A stretch of 64,000 nucleotides of DNA, taken from positions 192,001-256,000 of the forward strand of contig CAVQUB010000009.1 in the NCBI GenBank assembly GCA_963716725.1, written 5' to 3'. A program made the position numbers and the translations under genes. Numbering within the stretch: the first letter of the stretch is position 1; each line of letters opens with the position of its first letter. Positions 39,567-49,300 of the stretch are shown here, in pieces. The notes beneath the pieces are model-generated. The model saw only the letters and a program-made list of their open reading frames with translations, had not been told where the DNA came from and did no database searches. The DNA comes from an uncultured delta proteobacterium. Its GTDB lineage: Bacteria; Myxococcota_A; Polyangia; Polyangiales; Polyangiaceae.

Positions 39567-40436
39567 TCACGCGGCGCGCCGCGGCTTCATGGCCGACGGG
39601 TCTGATCGCGGCGCAGACCAGCGCCACTGGGGCATGAGGGGACGAACCCGCGCCGACGCGAGGCTCAGGCGGACGTCGCCCAGGCAGACGCGGACCGGGA
39701 GGGATGGCTCGCGTCGATCGACCGCCAGACGTTGCGCCGAGCGCAGCGAGAGACCGGATACGCGGGCTATCAGGCGAGAGTCCGACCAGCCCTGGTGTGC
39801 CGCCAAGCGGACAACTTCGCTACGACGCGCCGACGGCGTGGACCATGGCGTAGCGGCGAGCACGGCAGCCCGGATTGCTTCGAGGGTCGTGCTCGGCAGC
39901 TCGGCGGACGACGCCGGGGTCGGAGTTGCGGTGCCACCGATCTCGACGCTGGGGTCGCTCGACACGTAGCGGTGCAGCCACTCCGACAGGCCGCGCACGG
40001 GTCGTCCGAGTGCGCTCGCGAGTGAAGCTGGGGTCACCCAGGGATCGACCTCGGCACCCACCAGGCCGCGGTGGGTCGACCACGGCCAAGCGAGCGGATC
40101 GGCCACCAGCCCGGCGCGGCACGGATTCAGGTGGAGGTAGCGCACGCTGCGTTCGAGGTGTTTGCCGGGCGGCAGCGCCTGCGGCTCGGCGACGCGTTCG
40201 AAGAGGTGCCGCACCCCCGCCCGCACGGCCGCGACGGCCAGGATCTTCGAGAGTCGGCGGCGCGCCGACGCGGGATCCGGTACCTCCACAATCAGGTGGA
40301 GGTGGTCCGGCATCACGCACGCGGCGAGCGCACCGGTATACGCGACTCGAAGTCGCCCCATGAGCCACCATGCGGCCCGCGCGTCGGCAAAGGGTTTCTG
40401 GCCGGGCAGGCTTCGCGCGACGAGGTGAATGATCAT
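39567..40436 (-). CDS. HUH Y1 transposase, REP-associated tyrosine transposase (RAYT)-like, with C-terminal HTH-like extension
   Basis: MIIHLVAR, CVMPDHLHL (HUH), YLHLNPCRAGLV..P..WPWS (catalytic Tyr). Confidence 0.88.
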   Translation of the reverse strand: MIIHLVARSLPGQKPFADARAAWWLMGRLRVAYTGALAACVMPDHLHLIVEVPDPASARRRLSKILAVAAVRAGVRHLFERVAEPQALPPGKHLERSVRYLHLNPCRAGLVADPLAWPWSTHRGLVGAEVDPWVTPASLASALGRPVRGLSEWLHRYVSSDPSVEIGGTATPTPASSAELPSTTLEAIRAAVLAATPWSTPSARRSEVVRLAAHQGWSDSRLIARVSGLSLRSAQRLAVDRREPSLPVRVCLGDVRLSLASARVRPLMPQWRWSAPRSDPSAMKPRRAA

Positions 40437-40543
40437 CAGAACCCCATCGGCTCGGACTTGGGCCGGTTGCGTGCGACCTAGCAAATGATGGCTGGCGGCA
40501 GGCGCGCCGAGCCGACGTGCCGCTTCCGCGTACGCGCCTGCGT

Positions 40544-40725
40544 CACCGACCACGTCGCAACCCGCTCCGGCGTGGCGTTTGGCGTCCACAGCGACACCGA
40601 CCACGTCGCAGCGCGCTCCGGCGTGGCGTTTGGCGTCCACAGCGACACCGACCACGTCGCAACCCGTTGCCCCGTGGCGCTTGGCGTCCACAGCGTCATC
40701 GGCCACGTCGCAGCGCGCTCCGGCA
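40544..40725. repeat. 51-bp tandem array, about 3.5 copies, upstream of the RAYT-like gene
   Basis: Unit CACCGACCACGTCGCA(ACC/GCG)CGCTCCGGCGTGGCGTTTGGCGTCCACAGCGA starting at 40544, 40595, 40646 and 40697 (partial). Confidence 0.95.
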
Positions 40726-40749
40726 GGTGCGCGCGCCGACCCCGACCGC

Positions 40750-41487
40750 TCAGTACGCGACGCCCGAGTACGGGCACTTCTTCTGGAGCGCCGTGCAATC
40801 TGCTGGCGGCATGCAGTCGATGGTCTGTGGACAGCTCGGATCTTGCTCGCACCCACAGCCGCACTGGTTCGAGAACGCTTGGGTAGGCTCCGCGCACGCG
40901 TAGTCGATGACCTCACAGGTGCTGGGGTTGGTCGTAACGTACTTCCTCCACCACTCCGTCGAGGGATCGCAGGCGCAGACCTTGGTCGTGCACGACACGA
41001 CCTTCGGCTGCGCGCAGGAGCAGGCGTTGCAACCATCCATCGCGGGGAACTTGTCCCCGACGGCGTAGGGCTTGCCGCCGTACACGCAAGCCGGGGGAGG
41101 ACCGCAGTCCATCTCGGTGCACGACACGTCACCGCCGTCCGCGCACGTGCAGGTGTTGCACCCGTCGGCCGCCGGGAAGGTCTGCTCGGGTTCGTAGTGC
41201 TTTCCGCCGTAGTCGCAGCCCGACACGCAGAACGCGAGGGTGCAGGCCACGCTGCCGTCGGACGTGCACGAGCAGTCGTTACAGCCGTCACCGGCGGGAA
41301 AGGACTCGCCGGGCTGGTAGGTCTTGCCACCGTGCTCGCAGGTGATCCCGGAACCTCCGCCGGTACCCGCGCCGCCGCCGGCGCCGCCCGTTGCCGACCC
41401 GTCGTTGCTCGTGGACCCTCCACACGCCGCGGCAATGAACGCCACGGAAGCGGCCAGGGCCACGCGGTGTGACAGTGCTGTCGTCAT
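40750..41487 (-). CDS. Cys-rich lipoprotein with three pacifastin/VWC-like modules
   Basis: C.xGGK.Y..G..FPA.DGCN.C.C...V.CT...C three times; AAAC lipobox. Confidence 0.85.
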   Translation of the reverse strand: MTTALSHRVALAASVAFIAAACGGSTSNDGSATGGAGGGAGTGGGSGITCEHGGKTYQPGESFPAGDGCNDCSCTSDGSVACTLAFCVSGCDYGGKHYEPEQTFPAADGCNTCTCADGGDVSCTEMDCGPPPACVYGGKPYAVGDKFPAMDGCNACSCAQPKVVSCTTKVCACDPSTEWWRKYVTTNPSTCEVIDYACAEPTQAFSNQCGCGCEQDPSCPQTIDCMPPADCTALQKKCPYSGVAY

Positions 41488-41553
41488 TGGCTCACCTTTG
41501 TGCCGCCGCAGCGGCGAATTCTCGGTTCGCGCTCTAGCAATGAAAGATCCGTG

Positions 41554-41607
41554 CCGCGCTCATTGGCTCGCCGTCGACCGCGCTCATTGGCTCGCCGTCG
41601 ACCGCGC
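41554..41607. repeat. 24-bp direct duplication spanning a stop codon
   Basis: CCGCGCTCATTGGCTCGCCGTCGA x2 plus CCGCGC. Confidence 0.9.
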
Positions 41608-42537
41608 CCGCATGGGTCGCAAGACCAGCCAGACCACCACGTCCGCGACGAGCGTCATCCCGCGCGAGAGGAGCAGCGCGGAGAGCGCGGGGGCCGGGCC
41701 GACCACGGGGACCAGACCGATGGAGAGCGCGGCCTCGCGCACTCCCGCGCCAGCGGGGGCTGCGAGCGCGAGGAATCCGACGATGGGTGCCAGGACGAAC
41801 ACGCCTGCCGCGGCCCTCGCTCCCGACGCATCGGCTCCGACCGCGGACGTCACCAGAACTCCGTGCGCGGCCCAGGTGAGCCAGTACACGACGTGCATGA
41901 ACGGAAGGCTGCGGGGGGCCAGCGGGCCCTCACCTTCGAAGCCGAGAACCCGTCGAATTCGTGGCGGGCATCGCGCACGATCGACCAAGACGAGCAACGC
42001 GATGATGACCGCGAGCGCGGGCACCGCCAGTGGCGCGTAGCGCCCCAACAACTCGCTCACGTCGCCGTTCCGGAACGCGGTGACCAGCCCCAAGCCGATC
42101 ACGCCGCCCACCGCTACGTACGACGTCAACTCGATGAGCACCGAACTGCCGGCGACCTTCGCGGGCACGCCGATGCCCCCGGCGCCAGCCATGCGCACAA
42201 CCGGGATGCCCACCTTGCCGGGCAGGTAGCGAGCGAGCTGACTCTCGGCGTGCAGCGCCACGCTCGGGCCAAACGCGACGCTGCGACAGGCCAGGCGCTC
42301 AATCAGATAGCGCCACGCCGCCGCGAGGACCACGCCGCCGATCACCAGCGGCACGAGCGACGCCGCGACGAGCCCCCAGTGGACGTGCACGGCGTTGCTG
42401 TCCCAGCGCTTCGCCAGGTCGCGGAACGCCCAGAGCACGAAGGCGAGGGCCAAGACCGACATCAGCGGGCGCAGCACTCGCTTCAGCCGATCGGCGGCGG
42501 TTCGTACTTCCGCGCTCTGCTCCGCAGGATCGGTCAC
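41584..42537 (-). CDS. Lysylphosphatidylglycerol-synthase TM / flippase-like membrane protein
   Basis: SQLARYLPGKV, PAGAGVREAAL, multiple TM helices; start inferred. Confidence 0.8.
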   Translation of the reverse strand: MTDPAEQSAEVRTAADRLKRVLRPLMSVLALAFVLWAFRDLAKRWDSNAVHVHWGLVAASLVPLVIGGVVLAAAWRYLIERLACRSVAFGPSVALHAESQLARYLPGKVGIPVVRMAGAGGIGVPAKVAGSSVLIELTSYVAVGGVIGLGLVTAFRNGDVSELLGRYAPLAVPALAVIIALLVLVDRARCPPRIRRVLGFEGEGPLAPRSLPFMHVVYWLTWAAHGVLVTSAVGADASGARAAAGVFVLAPIVGFLALAAPAGAGVREAALSIGLVPVVGPAPALSALLLSRGMTLVADVVVWLVLRPMRARSTASQ

Positions 42538-42719
42538 CGCCCAGTGCTCCCCTCGGGCGGCGAAACCTCTGGGGAATCCAGCGCGGGCGCCGCCTCTTCC
42601 TTCATCGAGCCCGCGTTTAGCACGCCGCCCCCTTCGGGTTGTGGTAAACCAAACCGCTTTTCGGGTAGCGGACGCGCTGCTGGCGTTCGCCGTCACTCCG
42701 AAGCTCAAGGGAGCAGACC

Positions 42720-43595
42720 ATGCGCTCTAGGTCGCGATCTCATGCAGGCCTCTTCGCTTCTCTCACGTTGGTATTCATCGCGTGCGGAGGGCGCAGCACC
42801 ATCGACTACGGGCTCGACGACGGTTCGTCGACCACCGGTGGCGTTGGCGCCACGGGTGGATCGGGCGGCGGAGGTGGCAGTGGAGGTACCGGCGCCATCT
42901 CCGGCGGCGGCGGAACGCCGAGCGGAGGCGGTGTCAGCGGCGGGGGAACGGGCGGCGGAGGCTTGTGCGAGGATCCCGGCGGATCGCCCTGCGAGCTGTG
43001 CACGTGCAGCAACTGCTACGACGAGCTCGAGAAGTGCGACGACGACGGCGGCTGTATGGAGATCTTGGCCTGCGCGGACAAGACCGGATGCAGCGGGGTG
43101 CAGTGCTACCTCGGGGAGTGCAAAGACGTCATCGATCAGAACGGCGGCCCCTTCGGCGGGCCCACGGCCATCGCGCAGGGAGTCGTCGAGTGTCGCGGAG
43201 CGAAGAAGTGCCCCTGCGGTGGCGGCACCGGCGGGGCCGGCGGCGGCGGCGGCTCGGGAGGCAGCGGAGCCAGTGGTGGCAGCGGCGGCGGCTCAGGTGG
43301 CACGGGCCCCGTCGCATGCGTCACCTGCATCGCCCAGAAGTGCCCGGCCGTGCAGCAGTGTCTGTTCGACACCAAGTGTCGCGACGGGGTGATCTGCGCG
43401 ACGCAAAAGTGCACGTCGGGCGGCGGCGGTCAGCCGAACCTGCAGTGCATGCTCGGCTGCTTCAACGGCGACTTTCAGGCCGCGCTCGCCGCGTTTCAAT
43501 CGTTGCAGTGCTTCTTCACCAGCTGCGGGCAGACCTGCGGTGGCTTGATCCCCGGGTTGCCCAGCGGCGGTACGCCGCCTGGCGGCGGAAACTGA
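42720..43595 (+). CDS. Cys-rich lipoprotein with Gly linkers
   Basis: FIACGGR lipobox; two Cys-rich helical modules. Confidence 0.8.
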   Translation: MRSRSRSHAGLFASLTLVFIACGGRSTIDYGLDDGSSTTGGVGATGGSGGGGGSGGTGAISGGGGTPSGGGVSGGGTGGGGLCEDPGGSPCELCTCSNCYDELEKCDDDGGCMEILACADKTGCSGVQCYLGECKDVIDQNGGPFGGPTAIAQGVVECRGAKKCPCGGGTGGAGGGGGSGGSGASGGSGGGSGGTGPVACVTCIAQKCPAVQQCLFDTKCRDGVICATQKCTSGGGGQPNLQCMLGCFNGDFQAALAAFQSLQCFFTSCGQTCGGLIPGLPSGGTPPGGGN

Positions 43596-43649
43596 CGCCG
43601 CCTCGGCGCGACTCCCCGCCCGAGCACGAGATCACGTAGCATCGAGCGC

Positions 43650-45095
43650 ATGACGCGCTCTATCACTGCGACCCTGATACGTACCCGGCGGGGCATGGGT
43701 CTGTGGACCGTGCTCACTGTTCTCGCCACGACGGGCGCTCTAAACGCGAAGACGCTGAAGCTGCGCGCGCCTTCGAAGACGCTCAGCCTCGACTGCAGCG
43801 GCACCGCAGCAAGCTGGAGCTTTCACGACGGCGTCTGGTACCAACGCGGCCGCGAGCTGGTGAAGGACACCACCAAGTTTGGGGCGAGTGGCACCGTCAA
43901 CGTCGACTTCGTCTTCAATCCGCCCTTCGACAGCTTCGATCCGGCGGAGCTCGACGGCGCGGACATCCTGCTCTTGAACCCGGTCAAGATCCTGGTCGAC
44001 CGCGAAAAGTTCATGCCCTTCCGCACCTACGCAATGGGCGGCGTGGGCTTCATCTCGTTTCAGAACGAGGGCGTCACGTTCATGGCCGACAAGAGCGACT
44101 GCGCCGGCGAGAACATCGCGAACGTGACCAGCGCGGGCAGCGCTACACCAGTGATGAACGGTCCCTTCGGCCAGGTGGGCGCGAGCTTCGGGACGGGGTG
44201 GAACTGCTCGTTCAAGAATTTCGAGACCGGTGTCGTTCAGCTCGCCACCAACTCGAAGGGCCCCAACTCACTGTTGCTCGATCTCGGGACGAGTTCCCCG
44301 GGCTCGGCGCGGGCCGTCTCGTTCGGCGACGAAGAACACTTCGGCGGTCCTTACACCGAGAGCGGCTGCGGCTCGTCGTTCCTGGCTCAAGCCGCCAACG
44401 AGAAGCTGTTCTTGAACACGCTCGCGTGGGTCGCCGAGACCGCGCACGATCCCATCTCCGACTCGGTCGAGGGCACCGGAGACAAAGACCAAGACGGGAT
44501 CCCGGACTACTTGGACGGCGACAACGACAACGACAACATCCTCGACCTGTTCGAGGCCGGGGACAAAGACCCGACGACGCCTCCCGTGGACACGGACAAG
44601 GACGGGACGCCGGACTACAACGACGACGACTCGGACGGTGACTCGATCAAGGATTCGATCGAGAGCCCGGGCGACAAGCTGAAGCCCCCGCTCGACACCG
44701 ACGGCGACGGCAAGCCCGATTTTCAAGACACGGACAGCGACGACGACACCGTGCTCGACGGCACCGACAACTGCCGCACGGTGAAGAACACGGATCAGAC
44801 CGACACCGACAAAGACGGCGCCGGAGACGCCTGCGACGGGACACCCGGCAACCCGGATTCGGGCGTCGGGGGCAGCGCGGGCAGCGGCGGCGGCTTCCCA
44901 GATGCGAGCCCCATCGATGGCAGCAGCGCTGGCGGCAGCGGCGGCGCCTCGGGCGGGAGCTCGGGTCAGGGCTCGACTACGCCAGCGGAAGACGACGGCG
45001 GATGCGGCTGTCGCGCGGCAGGGAGCGAGTCGCGGGGCGTCGTCTGGCTCGTGCTCGCGGCCATCATCGGATTCGCGCGCCGACGACGACAGTGA
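43650..45095 (+). CDS. Secreted TSP3-repeat protein with MYXO-CTERM tail
   Basis: DxDxDGxPD repeats; EDDGGCGC, TM, RRRRQ. Confidence 0.85.
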   Translation: MTRSITATLIRTRRGMGLWTVLTVLATTGALNAKTLKLRAPSKTLSLDCSGTAASWSFHDGVWYQRGRELVKDTTKFGASGTVNVDFVFNPPFDSFDPAELDGADILLLNPVKILVDREKFMPFRTYAMGGVGFISFQNEGVTFMADKSDCAGENIANVTSAGSATPVMNGPFGQVGASFGTGWNCSFKNFETGVVQLATNSKGPNSLLLDLGTSSPGSARAVSFGDEEHFGGPYTESGCGSSFLAQAANEKLFLNTLAWVAETAHDPISDSVEGTGDKDQDGIPDYLDGDNDNDNILDLFEAGDKDPTTPPVDTDKDGTPDYNDDDSDGDSIKDSIESPGDKLKPPLDTDGDGKPDFQDTDSDDDTVLDGTDNCRTVKNTDQTDTDKDGAGDACDGTPGNPDSGVGGSAGSGGGFPDASPIDGSSAGGSGGASGGSSGQGSTTPAEDDGGCGCRAAGSESRGVVWLVLAAIIGFARRRRQ

Positions 45096-45101
45096 GGGAA
45101 C

Positions 45102-46241
45102 TCAGCCCGGGAGCTGGCAGTAGTTTGGCGGCGCGCAGATCCCGGATTCGCAGTTGCCGCTGTAGCACGCCGCGTCTTCGGTGCAGCCAGTGCCGAGCGG
45201 CACGAGCGTCACGCAGGCGTCGCTCGAAGACCCATCATCCGAGACGGTGATGCAGCGGAACTTGGTCCGGCATTGGGTCGTCGCGATGGCATCCTTCGCG
45301 CAATCGCCCTTGTCCGGCAGCGCTGTGCAGACACCGTCCACCGTGTATTGGTCCGGGGTCTTGCAGTAGTGGTTGACCGTGCACGGGTCGGGAACTCCGA
45401 TCCGGCACGGCTGCCCCAGGGGGATTTCCGGAACGCACTGGCCACCAAAGGTCTTGTCGGTGGCTTCTTTGAGCGAGAGCAGCTGGCAGGCGAGCCCAGC
45501 TCCGCACAGCGGGCCGTTGGTCAGGTTGCAGCTGAACCCGTCCTCGCCCACGAACACGTTGCCGATGGGCCTGCAGACACCCGTCTTGTCTGTGGTGCCT
45601 CCGAGGCAGTGAAGGTCGAGGGCGCAATTGGGATGGGTCGGCCCCCCGCACTCGCCGTCGAAAGGCACCGGGACGACGCAGCCGAGCGTATCATCGCAGT
45701 TCAAGCCCTCCAGACAGGCACCATTGACGCAGGGTTGCCCGGCCGGTGGTCGAGGTTGGCAGGAGCCCGGACAGGGACCGTTGATCTGGCAGAAGAGTCC
45801 GCGCGTGCACTCGGCCGGGTGAGTGCACATCCCTCCGACGCCGACCTTGCCGACGATGGCGAGCTCACACGCCTCGGGGAAGGTGAAGAACGTGTCGCAC
45901 TCCGCGGCGCGCAGGGCGTCGAAGCAGGGCTGCACGCGGTCGGGGTGGTAAGCGAAGTCGGTCGCCGGAAGATCCTCGAGCTTGGCGAACACACTGTCAC
46001 TCAGCTGAAGCCTCAGGAGCTCGACGCAGTCCTCGTCGCCCAGGGCGCTCGGCAGTACCGGTCCGAGGCAGCGCTCGGCACGCTCGCAGAGCGCCTTGGC
46101 AAAGCCCGACGGCAACTCCTTCAGGGCAATGTTCGTCGGCTTCTCGTCGCCCTTCTGAAGCTCCTCGAAGTCGAGCAGGAATGCACACGACGCCGTCGCC
46201 GTTCCGACGATGAGTCCGAGGAGGGCGGTGTGCCAGCGCAT
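45102..46241 (-). CDS. Cys-rich lipoprotein
   Basis: TASC lipobox; Cys spacing matches 16606-17709. Confidence 0.85.
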   Translation of the reverse strand: MRWHTALLGLIVGTATASCAFLLDFEELQKGDEKPTNIALKELPSGFAKALCERAERCLGPVLPSALGDEDCVELLRLQLSDSVFAKLEDLPATDFAYHPDRVQPCFDALRAAECDTFFTFPEACELAIVGKVGVGGMCTHPAECTRGLFCQINGPCPGSCQPRPPAGQPCVNGACLEGLNCDDTLGCVVPVPFDGECGGPTHPNCALDLHCLGGTTDKTGVCRPIGNVFVGEDGFSCNLTNGPLCGAGLACQLLSLKEATDKTFGGQCVPEIPLGQPCRIGVPDPCTVNHYCKTPDQYTVDGVCTALPDKGDCAKDAIATTQCRTKFRCITVSDDGSSSDACVTLVPLGTGCTEDAACYSGNCESGICAPPNYCQLPG

Positions 46242-46359
46242 CGTGGGGGTCCCCTCGAACGATTTACACGCGCGCCGCTCCGGCGACAAACCCACGCTAA
46301 CGGCCGCTCGTGCGTCCAACCCCTGGCCCTCCCCGGTTCGGCCACGTAGGATTTCGACC

Positions 46360-49300
46360 GTGAAGCTCCGGTTTGCCCTCCGCCCGCTCTGGGCGCTCGT
46401 CGTGCTCGCGATGATGCTGCCGTCAACGGCCGACGCGCAGTTCAGCCCCGGTGGTCGCAAGAAAGGAAAGAAGCCGGGGACCTTCCAGCCCGGCGGTCGA
46501 CCCGGCGGCAAGCCCGGCGGCAAGCCCGGCGGCAAGCCCGGTGGCAAGCCCGGCGGCAAGCCCGGCGGTGAGCCGGGAGCCGAGCCCGGGGGCGAACCCG
46601 ACACCGAGCCCGGCGGCAAGCCCGGAGCCAAGGGGCCGGGCAAGGAGGCGTTGATCAAGCGCTACACGGGCATCGTGCTCGCGCAGCCCGGATCGACGTT
46701 CCCGCTCCAGCGCCTCGCAGAGCTCTATCGAGAGCGCGACGGAAACGTCGAGAAGCTCATCTCGGATTTCGAGAAGCGCGCGGAGGCGCCCGACGGGTGG
46801 AACGCGCTGGTAGCGCTCGCCGGCATCTACAAGCAGGACGGACAGCACCCGCGAGCCATCAGCACCTACGAGAAGGCCATCAGCCAGAAGCCCAATGAGC
46901 CGGCGGCCATCATGGCGCTCGCGAACCTGCTCTCCGATCGTGGCGAGAAAGCCAGCGCGCTGACGCGCTACGAGTCTGCGCTGCCCTTGCTCAAGAACGA
47001 CGCGGACAAGGAGCAGGTGCTGCGCACCCTGATGCAGCTGGCGCTGGACTTGAAGCGCTTCGACGACGCGAAGAAGCAACACAAGGCGCTGATCGCCCGC
47101 GCGAAGGGCTCGTTCTACGTGCGCGGCGAGCTCGGCCGCGAGCTGATGCTGCGCGGCGACTACGCGCGCGCCACCGCCGAGTACGAAGACGTGGTGAAGG
47201 CGGCCACCGGAGACAACCGCGTGCTCGGCCCGGCCCAGCGCGATCTCGGCCGGGCGCTGGCCAAGCAGGGCAAGCGCAAAGAGGCGATGGAGATGCTGCG
47301 GAAGGCCCTGCGGACCGCCGGGTCTCAGGCCGGCATTCGCCGCGAGATCTACGAGATCACGGTCGAGATCTACCGCGCCGAAGATCGCCTGCGCGATCTC
47401 ATCACCGAGCTCGAGGGACAGAACGCGACCGATCCCGAGCAGCTCCGCATGCTGGGCGGCCTCTACGAAGAGACCGGTCAGGTCGACAAGGCGCTCAAGA
47501 CCTACAAGCTTGCGCTCGGCAAGAAGACCGACGACGTCGGCACGCGCCTCAAGGTCGTCCAGCTCTTGCAGATCCAGGGCGAGCTCGACGAAGCCATCAA
47601 GCAGTTCGAGGAGCTGATCCGCGCGGCGCCACGCAACCCCGATTACGTCTTTCAGCTGGCCGAGGCCTTGATCCAGCGCGGGGATCGCCAGAAGGCCCTC
47701 GACCAGTTGAAGAAGCTCGAGGCCCGCTCGGGCAACGACGAAGAGACCCTGGCCGCTCTCGTCGACTTCTACGAGCGAGTCGAGGAGAAGAAGCGCGCGA
47801 TGGACGTGCTGCAACGCCTTGCGAAAACCGGACGCGGCGACCCTCGCCATCTGGTCGAGCTCGGCGATCGCCTGTGGCAAGAGGGCGACAAGGTCAAAGC
47901 GCAGCAGACCTGGGCGCGGATCAAGATCATCGTGCCGGACAAGGCGCGGGCCAACGAGGTACTCGGAGAGGTCTACCTGGAGCACGACATGCCGCAGCAG
48001 GCCCTCGACGCACTCCGGGAGTCCATCAAGCTGCAACCCAAGTCCGTCAAGTACAAGAAGGCCTACGCCTTGGCGCTGGAGCGCACCGGTGCCAGCGCCG
48101 GCAGCGTCGAGCAGCGCAACCGGCAGTACGACGAGGCGCGGAAGATCTGGGAGGCCATCGCCAAAGACGCGGGGGACTCCAACGCTCACGTGGCTCGGGA
48201 AGCGCGGCAGCACATCGTCACGCTCTGGGGGTTGGCAGGACAGCTCGAGAAGCGCGCGGTCCCCTTGGATCGCAGGCTCAAGCAGAAGCCACCGGATCTC
48301 GAGGCGGGCCGCCTCTTGGCAGAGGTGCAGATCCGCTTGCGTCGCTACCTGGACGCCGAGCGCACCCTCGACGTGGTGGTCAAGGCCGCCCCCGGGGACG
48401 TCGGCAGCCTCACGCAACTCGAGCGGGTGTTGGTGCTGCGGCGCAAGCTGAAGGAGGCCATCGCCATCCTGCAAAAGCTCACCGAGGCCGATCCAAAGCG
48501 CGCGCGGGAGTACTTCCAGCGCATGGCGAGCTACTCGGCGGAGCTCTACAAGGACGACGACGCCATCCGGTACGCCGCCAAGGCCGTCGAGCTGTCGCCG
48601 GACGACGCCGAGGGCCACCGGAAGCTCGGCGAGATGTACCGGCGCCGCCAGGACACGTCGCGCGCCATCAACGCCTTCCGTCAGGCCATCGCCAAGAACG
48701 ATCGCCTGTTCGCGGTGTATTTTCAGCTCGCCGAGCTGTTGATGGGACAGGGTGAGCTCGACGAAGCCGATCGGCTGTTGCGTCGAGTGGTGCGCGCGGC
48801 TCCCGACGAAGAGCTGGTGGCTCAGGCTGCGCGCCTGAGCGTGCAGGTGAACCTCGGCAAGGGCACCCTCGAGTCACTGGAGCGCGAGCTCTTGCCGGTC
48901 GCCCTGGGCAACCCGCAGAAGCCGCTTTACCGACGCTTGTTGGTGGAGATCTACGGCGCGATGGCTTTCCCCCTGGCGCACCAGGCCAAGAGCCCCGATC
49001 GAGCGAAGGCCGACAAAGCCCAAGCCGAGCTGAAGCGGATCGGTGAGCGGGCCGTGAAGCCGCTGCTCGACGCGCTGTCGGATGAGAAAGATCAGCAACA
49101 ACGCACCGCCATCGAGCTCCTGAGTTACATCGAGAACAAGAGCGCGGGGTCGGCGCTGTTCGCCTTTGCGACGGGCACCGCCGACGCCGAGCTGCGTTCC
49201 CGCGCCATGCTCGCGGTGAGCGCGCTGCGAGATCCAGCGCTCCTGCCCAAGCTCGGCGAGGTGCTGGCTCCGGGCGGCCAAGTTCGGTCGGACGAGTCCG

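Noticed and set aside
39570..39583. 14-bp palindrome CGCGGCGCGCCGCG at the transposase 3' end as an element end
   Set aside because: All-GC palindromes arise easily at this composition, and it does not resemble the upstream repeat unit.
40544..40725. 51-bp array as a CRISPR array
   Set aside because: Units are contiguous with no unique spacers, and there are no cas genes in the window.
39567..41435. 622-aa transposase ORF
   Set aside because: The N-terminal part is an alternate frame of the lipoprotein gene plus the repeat array; the HUH domain starts near 40436.
46423..48618. Long antisense ORFs (this one, 33070-35115, 29836-32013, 54179-56518, 60929-63022 and others)
   Set aside because: They are shadow frames of real genes in high-GC DNA with no recognisable motifs.
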